Positions 27,876 to 36,033 of a stretch of 64,000 nucleotides of DNA are shown here, one piece after another. The notes under the pieces were generated by a model. The model was not told where the DNA came from. It saw nothing but the letters and a program-made list of their open reading frames with translations, and did not search any database. Positions within the stretch are counted from its first letter, which is position 1. Each line of letters starts with the position of its first letter. This DNA is from an uncultured Treponemataceae bacterium (GTDB lineage Bacteria; Spirochaetota; Spirochaetia; Treponematales; Rectinemataceae). The DNA is taken from NCBI GenBank assembly GCA_964644505.1, contig CAZXXZ010000009.1, forward strand, positions 4,366 to 68,365. The letters run 5' to 3'. A program made the translations under genes and the position numbers.

Positions 27876-28923
27876 GTACACGACAACGAGCGGCGATCTC
27901 ATCATCGGAATCCTCAACGTCGGATTCGGAGACAGCATCGCCATACGCTTTCCGAAAGCGGGGACTGTGTATCCCGTCGGCGTCGTTGATTGCTGCGATT
28001 TCAAGAAAATGAAATCGTTCATCGAGGATGTCACAGGCGGGAAGTTTTTGATTGAGTTCATTTGTGCGACGCACCCTCACGCGGACCACATCCGCGGCAT
28101 CGACTCGCTTTTGAAAGATAAAAACTTTTCACCGAGGGAGTTCTGGGACAGCGGTTTTCGCCACAACTCGACGACATACCGGCGCATCCTCACTACGCTC
28201 AAGGACAAGGGCATTCGGACAATACGCGCCTCGTCGGGCATGGAGAGGTACATCGGTGCGGTGAGCATCACCGTCGTCGCGCCTTCGATAAGTCTGCGCA
28301 ACCGCTACGCCACCTACGGCGTCGACATGAACAACGCGTCGATCGTGCTTCGTCTCGAACATCACGCGCGGGACGCCCTCGATATACGTTCGGAAGACTA
28401 CGAAGGCGATATAAGCAGGGAGATGATACGGGAGGCCGGCTCTTCGGTCGTCATCCTCGCGGGCGACGCCGAATTCGACTCGTGGAGCCACATTGCGCAG
28501 GAGTTCCCCAAACTCGAGAAACAGAAAGGGAACGAACCGCTCATAAGCAAGATGGTCAATTACCTCGCCTGCCATACGATCAAAGTCGCCCACCACGGGA
28601 GCATGCACAGCTCCCCGCTCGACATATACGAGAAGATGGGACCCAAGCTCGCGGTCATCTCGACGAAACAGGAATCGAGCAGCTCGAGGGCCGGTACTCG
28701 GAATCTATTCCCGCACGATCTTTGCGTCCGCGCGCTCGAGGAATGCGATGCCGGGATTCTTACGACGGACGGCAGTCATGACACGGCGAAGGCTGCTTCG
28801 GGTAGACCGGGAACTGTCGTGATCGCCGTCCCGCCGGGTGAGAAGCCGCGCTGGACGAAGCTCGGGGACGGCGAGACCGAAAACGCCGAAGTACAGGAAG
28901 TTATGAAACTCGAGGGGTTCTGA
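27868..28923 (+). CDS. Standalone metallo-beta-lactamase-fold protein of the ComEC/Rec2 C-terminal-domain type (putative nuclease/hydrolase)
   Basis: 351 aa. LNVGFGDSIAI, ATHPHADHIRG (HxHxDH at 28072-28089), NASIVLRL, LAGDAE, KVAHHGS. This order of motifs matches ComEC-type MBL domains. No TM channel domain. Confidence 0.85.
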   Translation: MAEYTTTSGDLIIGILNVGFGDSIAIRFPKAGTVYPVGVVDCCDFKKMKSFIEDVTGGKFLIEFICATHPHADHIRGIDSLLKDKNFSPREFWDSGFRHNSTTYRRILTTLKDKGIRTIRASSGMERYIGAVSITVVAPSISLRNRYATYGVDMNNASIVLRLEHHARDALDIRSEDYEGDISREMIREAGSSVVILAGDAEFDSWSHIAQEFPKLEKQKGNEPLISKMVNYLACHTIKVAHHGSMHSSPLDIYEKMGPKLAVISTKQESSSSRAGTRNLFPHDLCVRALEECDAGILTTDGSHDTAKAASGRPGTVVIAVPPGEKPRWTKLGDGETENAEVQEVMKLEGF

Positions 28924-28964
28924 CAGACCTTGAAGCTCCTCGGACAAGCCGGGATGCTCGTGTT

Positions 28965-30200
28965 TCAGCCGACAAGAAGCGGCTTGATATGCCGCTCCCA
29001 TAGATTCATGGTGACGTTGTGCGAAACCGTCTCTTCCGCGGCCTCGAGGGCGTCCAGATACCGAGCGCCCATCCTGGCCGCGACGCGGAAGGCGACGTGC
29101 ACAAGCTGCCGCATGCTCGGATTGAAGCGGGGCTCCGAAGGATTATGTCGTAGGGCGGCCGCAAGCTCCCACCCGCTCCAGTCCTCGACGACCGAAGGTT
29201 CGGGGAGGGCGGAACGGTCGATGTCGACCACGGCAGCATACGGCGCGACACACTCGTCCATCGACTCGTAGGCGGAGCGATACACTTCCTTGGCTATTTC
29301 CAGAGCCTCGCCTCCCGATTCCGCGAGGCCGACGATCTCCTCGAGCCAGGTCGTCCCGGCCGTCTTAAGATGTATACCGGCGCCCTCGCGGCGCACGATC
29401 TCTCCCATGCCGCGGTAAAGACTGAACTTGTCCGAGCCGGAGTGGACCGAGATCTTGAGGCTCTCCGGCAGCCCGAAGGCCCTCGAAGCCCACTTGGCCA
29501 CTCTGACGTCCGCCTCGAACTCTTTTAGAAATGCATGCACGTCTCCGACGTAATCGACTCCTTTATTGAACCGGCCCGAGAACTTCGGAGCTATAGTCTG
29601 GACGGGGACGCCCTCGTCGGCGAGCGCCGCAAGAATCACCACAAGCTCGGTCGGGGTCTGCGGCTCCTCGGTTTCGTCCATCGAAACCTCTGTTATAAAA
29701 TCATCCCCCCTACGAATGTCACGAACGCGGCGGTAGGTCTTGGCCGCTTCGCTCGCCGCATAGAGATAGCGCTCCGCAGCGGAGCGCAGTGAACGCTCAT
29801 CAACCGGCGCGGGAATGTCCTTCGAAGACGCGAGATCGCGATGGCGGCGCATAAACACCTCGACTGCATCCGGATCCGCGTTCCTGCCTATGTAATCGGC
29901 GACATCGAGCGTGAAAAAATCACAGTGAGGGGCGAATCTATCGACCGTGGCGAGCCCGACATGGTCAGCGTCGACATGATAGGGGCCGTCCCAGGCAGCC
30001 GCCTTGATTGCAGCCTCGGCGGCGGCGCGTTGATCGGCAGGCTGGGTTCCGATGAGCGTGTGCTCCCGGTTCGACTTGTTCCATACAATCGCCGCTTCGA
30101 CGGCCGCATCACGAGCCATCTTGAATGCGGCTATTTGTGCGACGCCTTCCCTTCCGAAACGATCGCCCGCACCTATTGAGAATCTCTCGATAATTTTCAT
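28965..30200 (-). CDS. TIM-barrel-like protein, possibly tagaturonate/fructuronate epimerase (UxaE) family
   Basis: 411 aa. IGAGDRFGREG, WNKSNREH, HVDADH motifs remembered as UxaE-like. Context of hexuronate genes. The ORF is secure; the family assignment is tentative. Confidence 0.55.
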   Translation of the reverse strand: MKIIERFSIGAGDRFGREGVAQIAAFKMARDAAVEAAIVWNKSNREHTLIGTQPADQRAAAEAAIKAAAWDGPYHVDADHVGLATVDRFAPHCDFFTLDVADYIGRNADPDAVEVFMRRHRDLASSKDIPAPVDERSLRSAAERYLYAASEAAKTYRRVRDIRRGDDFITEVSMDETEEPQTPTELVVILAALADEGVPVQTIAPKFSGRFNKGVDYVGDVHAFLKEFEADVRVAKWASRAFGLPESLKISVHSGSDKFSLYRGMGEIVRREGAGIHLKTAGTTWLEEIVGLAESGGEALEIAKEVYRSAYESMDECVAPYAAVVDIDRSALPEPSVVEDWSGWELAAALRHNPSEPRFNPSMRQLVHVAFRVAARMGARYLDALEAAEETVSHNVTMNLWERHIKPLLVG

Positions 30201-30367
30201 TGGAGCGCCTTTCCCGCAGCCTTCGATATGCTATAATTTTAGGTGCTGTGATTCTCTTGCGTCAAGCGAATCACGAAGCGTGCTTCGTCGTCTTCTACGT
30301 TGATTGCTTTTCTTTATTAAGCGGGCGATGAATCACTGTGGAACCAGACAGAAGACTGGAGGGGAAT

Positions 30368-31297
30368 ATGGACCGAAGGGAGTTTCTCAAACGGCTTATA
30401 GGCATCGGCACCGCAGGCGCTGCCATGTTCCTCACCAGGGGCCGTCTCTGGGCCCTTGACGGAACGGGGGCGTCGAGCAGTGCCGGAGCGCTGCCGGACC
30501 TCGTCGCGGTCAAGGGAGGCGATCCCGCGCTCATGCTCGATCTCGCCTTGAAAGAAATCGGTGGCATGTCGAACTTCGTTCGAAAAGGCCAAACCGTCGT
30601 CGTCAAACCGAATATTGGATGGGATCAGCCGCCCGAGGCCGCCGCGAACACCAACCCCAAGTTGGTCAAACGGATCGTGGAACACTGCATTGCGGCAGGC
30701 GCCAAGAAAGTCTATGTCTTCGACAACAGCTGCGATTCCGGTCCGCGATGCTATGCCAACTCGCAGATCGAGCGTTATGCGAAAGAAGGAGGAGCCGAGG
30801 TCGTCTCGGGCGCTTCGAGTTCGTATTACCACGAGGTTCCCATTCCCGGTGCGATCCGCCTCAAAAAGACGAAAGTGCACGAACTCATCATCGAAAGCGA
30901 CGTGTTCATCAACGTACCGGTGCTCAAGAACCATTCGGGGGCGGGAATGACCTGCGCCATGAAGAACCTCATGGGAATCGTTTGGGACCGGGGCTATTTC
31001 CATAGCAACGACCTCGACCAATGCATAGCCGATTCCTGCCTCTACAAGAAGCCGAATCTCAACATAGTCGACGCATGGAAGGTCATGCTCTCGGGCGGCC
31101 CCCGCGGATACTCGTCGAGCCGCTACTCGGAGGAAAAGATGCTTCTGCTTTCGACCGACATCGTCGCGATCGACGCGGCCTCGGCTAAGGTGCTCGGTTT
31201 TCAGCCCGAACGCTTCGGTTATATAGGCATGGGGCAGAAACTCGGCCTTGGGAAATCCGACACGTCGAAACTCGATATCCGCAGAATCACGATATGA
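30368..31297 (+). CDS. DUF362-domain protein with a twin-arginine (Tat) signal
   Basis: MDRREFLKRLIGIGTAGAAMFL Tat motif, DUF362-like body. GGAGGGGAAT precedes the ATG at 30368; the track start is 30338. Confidence 0.75.
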   Translation: MDRREFLKRLIGIGTAGAAMFLTRGRLWALDGTGASSSAGALPDLVAVKGGDPALMLDLALKEIGGMSNFVRKGQTVVVKPNIGWDQPPEAAANTNPKLVKRIVEHCIAAGAKKVYVFDNSCDSGPRCYANSQIERYAKEGGAEVVSGASSSYYHEVPIPGAIRLKKTKVHELIIESDVFINVPVLKNHSGAGMTCAMKNLMGIVWDRGYFHSNDLDQCIADSCLYKKPNLNIVDAWKVMLSGGPRGYSSSRYSEEKMLLLSTDIVAIDAASAKVLGFQPERFGYIGMGQKLGLGKSDTSKLDIRRITI

Positions 31298-32964
31298 AAA
31301 CAGAAGCCCGAAGTCCGGGATCCCGCGCAGGGGCTCGACACGGAGGACCGGCTCGGCGCATCTTTGCACGTCCTGCAAGGGCGGCGGTCTTGGTTTTCCA
31401 AGCTCTTGTCCTTGCCGTCACGATATATGTTTTTATAACAAATGCATTCGACGCCGACGCACTACGTTCCTTCGCCGCCTCATGGCAGATTTATCCCGGC
31501 CTCGCGCGTGTTTTGAGGGCGGCCTTTGAGACAGTCTTACTCGGAGCCTCGGCCGCTTCTACGCTCGGGGCGGCGATAATCGGGTTTACCCTTCCCCTGC
31601 TTCTTCTATCGGCGGTCTTCGGGCGCTGGTACTGCGCCTTTCTCTGCCCTCTCGGCACGCTGCAAGCGATAGCGGCTTCGGTCGGCGCAAAAAAAAGGCG
31701 CTATCGAAGAAACAAAAGCCTCGTGCGGATCGCCGCAGCAGTCGTCGTACTCGCGCTTTCCCTTACCGGCGCGATGGCAGCCGCTTCCTGGCTCGATCCC
31801 TGGTCTCTCTTCGGACGCTTCGTTTCGTACGACGTTCGTCCTTTGATTCAACTTGCTTCAAGAGCCGACACTCATGGATTTTCAGCCGAGACGGCGGCTC
31901 CTATCGCCTGCGTGATACTTGTTCTGCTCGTTCTGTCCGCGGCGACTAAGAGTCGATGGTTCTGCTCCACTCTTTGTCCCGTCGGCAGTCTTCTCGGTGT
32001 CTTGAATTGTATCGCACCTTTCAGGTTTCGCATCGACGATTCGTCCTGCATCTCCTGCGGTTCTTGTGAAAGAATCTGCCCGGCAGCCTGCATAGACCTC
32101 GCATCGAAACGCATCGACGACAGCAGGTGCATAAACTGCGCATCCTGCGCGTCATCCTGCCCGACACATGCGATCTATTACGGCCTGCCGATACGCGACA
32201 GGTCTCTTTCAAAGAAAGCACCTGTGGGACCCGGTTCAGAGGCGACAGCCGGGCACAAGGCTCTGAGTCGTAGAGTTTTTCTCTCGACCCTCGGCGGATC
32301 CGCTGCCATTCTCGTCCTCGCAGCCCTTCCGGGGAGGAGGGCAGCCGCGTACATACCACCGCGTTCCGGGGTCACCGTCCCCCCGGGTGCGGAATCGGTC
32401 GAACGCTTTCTCGAGACCTGCACCGCCTGCGGACTGTGCATATCCGCATGTCCCTCCAGTGTTCTGCAAGCCTCCCTCGGCGAACTTGGTCCACGAGGCC
32501 TGTACGCGCCGGCACTTGATTTTTCGGTTTCGTACTGTCAATACGAGTGCGCAGCCTGCATGACTGTCTGTCCCAGCGGAGCCTTGAGAAAACTACCGCT
32601 CGAACGCAAGAAACTCGTTAAAATCGGCACAGCCTCCCTCGTCAAGGACTACTGCATCGTTTTTACTGACCGCACGAAGTGCGGAGCCTGCGCAGAACAC
32701 TGTCCTACAGGCGCCGTGCACATGGTCTCACGGGAGGGCGGTATACCCGAACCCGTGTTCGACCCCGCGATATGCATCGGCTGCGGAGCCTGCCATCATG
32801 TATGCCCCGTGCCCGGCAAGCGGGCGATCTCGGTCGCCGGACTCGCGGTGCATGAAACCGCGCTCGAAGCGGCCGTTGATTTCTCGAACGATGCTTCCGA
32901 GGCCGATAGTAAGGCCGACACCCGATCCAATCCGGAATCAAATAAAGAGAAATTCCCATTTTGA
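31294..32964 (+). CDS. Integral-membrane polyferredoxin (NapH/MauN-like CX3CP motifs plus multiple 4Fe-4S CxxCxxCxxxCP motifs)
   Basis: 556 aa. GRWYCAFLCPLGTLQ and SRWFCSTLCPVGSLL, six ferredoxin-type Cys clusters, several TM segments. ATGA overlap with the DUF362 gene. Confidence 0.85.
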   Translation: MKTEARSPGSRAGARHGGPARRIFARPARAAVLVFQALVLAVTIYVFITNAFDADALRSFAASWQIYPGLARVLRAAFETVLLGASAASTLGAAIIGFTLPLLLLSAVFGRWYCAFLCPLGTLQAIAASVGAKKRRYRRNKSLVRIAAAVVVLALSLTGAMAAASWLDPWSLFGRFVSYDVRPLIQLASRADTHGFSAETAAPIACVILVLLVLSAATKSRWFCSTLCPVGSLLGVLNCIAPFRFRIDDSSCISCGSCERICPAACIDLASKRIDDSRCINCASCASSCPTHAIYYGLPIRDRSLSKKAPVGPGSEATAGHKALSRRVFLSTLGGSAAILVLAALPGRRAAAYIPPRSGVTVPPGAESVERFLETCTACGLCISACPSSVLQASLGELGPRGLYAPALDFSVSYCQYECAACMTVCPSGALRKLPLERKKLVKIGTASLVKDYCIVFTDRTKCGACAEHCPTGAVHMVSREGGIPEPVFDPAICIGCGACHHVCPVPGKRAISVAGLAVHETALEAAVDFSNDASEADSKADTRSNPESNKEKFPF

Positions 32965-34154
32965 AGGAGCGTGCGATGAGCGCCAATCCAGTCATTGACA
33001 TGATGGGCCGCAGGCTCAGACTCGGCGTTATAGGCGGAGGGCCCGGCTCGTTCATCGGCGCCACGCACCGCCAGGCCGCCCGCATGGACGACCGCTACGA
33101 AATCGTCGCGGGTGCCCTGTCCTCAGATCCCGCGAAATCGCGCGCCCAGTGCCGAGAAATCGGTCTAAGTCCCGAACGATCCTACGGATCCGCGCTCGAG
33201 CTTATCGATTCTGAACGGAAACGACAGGACGGCGTCGACGTCGTCGCCGTCATGACGCCCAACGACAGCCACTTCGAGTACGCCTCCGCCGCCCTCCGCG
33301 CGGGCTTCGACGTTATCTGCGACAAGCCGATGACGAACACGCTCGAAGACGCCGAGGCTCTTCATCGCCTGGTTCTCGAGACCGGACTCGTTTTCTGTCT
33401 CACGCACAACTACTCGGGCTACCCCATGGTGCGCCAGGCGCGCGAGATGGTGCGTAGCGGATTGTTGGGTTCGATACGACTTGTCCAGGCGGAATATGTT
33501 CAAGGGGGGAAGGCCAGGGAAGGCGAACCCGATCCCTCCGCTCCGCGCGCCTGGCGCTACGATCCGGTTCGCGGCGGTCCCTCGGCAGTGCTCGGCGACA
33601 TCGGCACGCACGCCCATCACCTCATGCGCTACATAACGGGACTCGAAGTCGCCGCCCTCTCGGCCGACGTCGGCGCGGTCGTACCGGGAAGAAAAATTCA
33701 CGATTACGCCGGCGCCCTCATAAAGCTGGAAGGCGGGGCCCGTGCTTGCTTCTGGGTCACCCAGGCTGCGGCCGGCGTCGAGAACAGCCTCGGGATACGC
33801 GTGAGCGGCTCGCTCGGCACCCTCGAGTGGAATCAGGAAACGCCCCAACGCCTTGTCTTCAAACCCCTCGACGGACCTTCGCAGGTTCTGAGCCCGAACG
33901 GTCCAGGCTCCCTACCCCTGGCTCTCAGGTCGACACGGCTCGTCAAGGGTCATCCCGAGGGCTTCCCCGAAGCTTTCGCCAACATCTACTCCGACGCGGC
34001 CGAGGCGATCGCCGCCCGCCGCTCGGGGAAGAAACCCGATCCCTTGGCGCTGACCTTTCCGACCTCGGCCGACGGGCTTGCCGGTATCCGCTTCGTGCGC
34101 GCGATGATCGATTCGAGTTCGGCCTCGGGATCCTGGGTCGAGCTGAAACGCTGA
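32961..34154 (+). CDS. Gfo/Idh/MocA-family NAD(P)-dependent oxidoreductase
   Basis: RLGVIGGGPGSFIGATH Rossmann motif, family-like C-terminal domain. 4-nt overlap with the polyferredoxin gene. Alternative start at 32976. Confidence 0.9.
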   Translation: MKERAMSANPVIDMMGRRLRLGVIGGGPGSFIGATHRQAARMDDRYEIVAGALSSDPAKSRAQCREIGLSPERSYGSALELIDSERKRQDGVDVVAVMTPNDSHFEYASAALRAGFDVICDKPMTNTLEDAEALHRLVLETGLVFCLTHNYSGYPMVRQAREMVRSGLLGSIRLVQAEYVQGGKAREGEPDPSAPRAWRYDPVRGGPSAVLGDIGTHAHHLMRYITGLEVAALSADVGAVVPGRKIHDYAGALIKLEGGARACFWVTQAAAGVENSLGIRVSGSLGTLEWNQETPQRLVFKPLDGPSQVLSPNGPGSLPLALRSTRLVKGHPEGFPEAFANIYSDAAEAIAARRSGKKPDPLALTFPTSADGLAGIRFVRAMIDSSSASGSWVELKR

Positions 34155-34191
34155 CAGGCTTCCTACAAGCCTTTAATCTTTCATCGACCGG

Positions 34192-35394
34192 TCAAACACC
34201 GCGGACTCGTTCACGCGCCTTCTCCATGGCACGCGCGAAACCGGGCAGGGATCCTCGTATCGTCGCATCGTCGACACAATACGCTATACGAAAATAACCG
34301 GGCGTGCCGAAACCCGAGCCGGGCACGACCAGGATGTTCTCCGCTTTCAGGAGTTCGACGAATTCCGACTCGTCCGCGAGGGGGCTTTTGGGGAAAAGAT
34401 AGAATGCGCCTTCGGGCAGATCGAAATCGTAACCGGCCGCTCGTAGTCCTGAGGCTATGAGGTCGCGTTTCTTTTCGTAGATCGAGGCGTCGACCCAGTT
34501 CTCGCCGAGAGTCGCGATGAGCTTCTGCATAAGACTCGGCGCGTTGACGAAGCCGAGGATTCGATTTGCCAGAGTCAGCGCACCCATGATCGCGTCGATA
34601 TCCTCCGCGGCGGGGTTGACGGCCGCATAGCCGATGCGCTCGCCCGGGAGCGAGAGGTCCTTCGAGTGAGATGTCGCCAGGATCGAGTTCGGATAATGCG
34701 CAAGCGGGCTTGGAACTTCCGCTCCGCCGTAGGCTATCCTTCGGTAGGGCTCGTCCGAAACAAGGTAGATCGTCCGGCCGTACTTCTTGCCCGCCCTTTC
34801 CATGGCCTTTGCGAGCGCGTCGAGCGAGTCGGAGGAGTAAATCTTTCCCGTCGGGTTGTTCGGGGAATTGACAAGAACCGCCTTTGTTTTCGGCCCCATG
34901 GCGGCTTCGAGCGCCGCGACGTCGAGGGAAAAGTCGGGTTTCGAAGGAACGGTCCGCAGGCTTCCTCCGTGGTTATCGGCGATGAAGCCGTATTCGACGA
35001 AATACGGCGACGAAACGAGAACCTCGTCGCCCGGGTCAAGAAGAGATTTGAATATAATGTTGAGCGCCCCCGAGGCTCCGCAGGTTACGACGACGTGTTT
35101 CGCTTCGACGGGGACGGCCTGTTCGCGGCGTATCCGCTCGGCTATCGCCTGTCTCGCCTCGGGCAGGCCGGCGTTGGGCATGTAGGCGTGCAGAGCGGGA
35201 TCATCCGAACGAAGGATTTCCTCGAGGCGAAGCCTAACTGCATCGGGAGGCGGAACATTCGGGTTGCCAAGGCTGAAGTCGAAGACCTTGTCTTCGCCGT
35301 AGAGTTTTTTGAGACGCGCGCCCTCCTCGAACATCTTGCGGATCATCGAGCCCTTGTCGATAAATGCCTTCATCTTAGCCGCGACCGCCATCAC
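34192..35394 (-). CDS. Class I/II pyridoxal-phosphate-dependent aminotransferase (aspartate/alanine aminotransferase-like)
   Basis: 400 aa. NPNNPTG-like SPNNPTG motif, SHSKDLSLPGERIGY (PLP Lys). Confidence 0.9.
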   Translation of the reverse strand: MMAVAAKMKAFIDKGSMIRKMFEEGARLKKLYGEDKVFDFSLGNPNVPPPDAVRLRLEEILRSDDPALHAYMPNAGLPEARQAIAERIRREQAVPVEAKHVVVTCGASGALNIIFKSLLDPGDEVLVSSPYFVEYGFIADNHGGSLRTVPSKPDFSLDVAALEAAMGPKTKAVLVNSPNNPTGKIYSSDSLDALAKAMERAGKKYGRTIYLVSDEPYRRIAYGGAEVPSPLAHYPNSILATSHSKDLSLPGERIGYAAVNPAAEDIDAIMGALTLANRILGFVNAPSLMQKLIATLGENWVDASIYEKKRDLIASGLRAAGYDFDLPEGAFYLFPKSPLADESEFVELLKAENILVVPGSGFGTPGYFRIAYCVDDATIRGSLPGFARAMEKARERVRGV

Positions 35395-35538
35395 CCACTC
35401 CTTTCGCGCAGAGAGGATAGCTCAAACGCGAGAAAGAAAAAAGCGTCTGTCTGCGGGAAGCGAAGAACGAACCGAGTCTCCCTCAGTATCAAATCTCGAA
35501 AAGAGGCTCACGAAGTAGACGAGAAATCCGCTTTTTTT

Positions 35539-36033
35539 TTACTTTCGCTTGGGATACTCAAACGAAAAAACAAGAGCGGCCCAGAGCATCGTGTCGGCGT
35601 CTTCGGGTTTCAGGTGTATCTCGACGCAGGCCAGGGCTCCAAACCTTCTCGATCCGACGCGCAGCCCTCCGATCAGCATCGGGACAAGGACCGGTTCATC
35701 GCGGGACGAAGCTACGGCACCGCCCCCCGCAAAGCATGCCGCACACTCGAAGGGCCTGAGATCCAGGCAGAGGGATGCTTCAAAGTCCACCTTCGCATTA
35801 CCGGCGGAGGCCGCCGTTACAAGCCTGGCGGCGAGTCCCTTCCCCACATCGATCCAGCACGAGGCTGCCGCCAGAGCCGTCATGTTCTCGATACCGAATA
35901 CCGCGACGTCGATCTTTGCGCCGGCGCCCAGGTCGAAACCGAGATCGAGCGCTGCGAGCTTGAATGAGAAAGCGGCCGTCAGCAGGACGACGACACGCCG
36001 TCGTCCCGCCGTACCGAGCCCGGCGCATTTCAT
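35539..36033 (-). CDS. Hypothetical small exported protein (possible beta-barrel), last gene of the kinase/FHA/vWA operon
   Basis: 164 aa. ATGA overlap with the upstream vWA-FHA gene. N-terminal basic plus hydrophobic segment, alternating hydrophobic pattern. No motif recognised. Confidence 0.45.
   Translation of the reverse strand: MKCAGLGTAGRRRVVVLLTAAFSFKLAALDLGFDLGAGAKIDVAVFGIENMTALAAASCWIDVGKGLAARLVTAASAGNAKVDFEASLCLDLRPFECAACFAGGGAVASSRDEPVLVPMLIGGLRVGSRRFGALACVEIHLKPEDADTMLWAALVFSFEYPKRK

Noticed and set aside
27420-28923. Calling the MBL cassette a mobile element or prophage remnant
   Set aside because: I could not see an integrase, transposase, terminal inverted repeats, direct repeats or a tRNA target. 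Only the apparent compositional difference and the insertion-like position support foreign origin, so it is reported as a hypothesis only.
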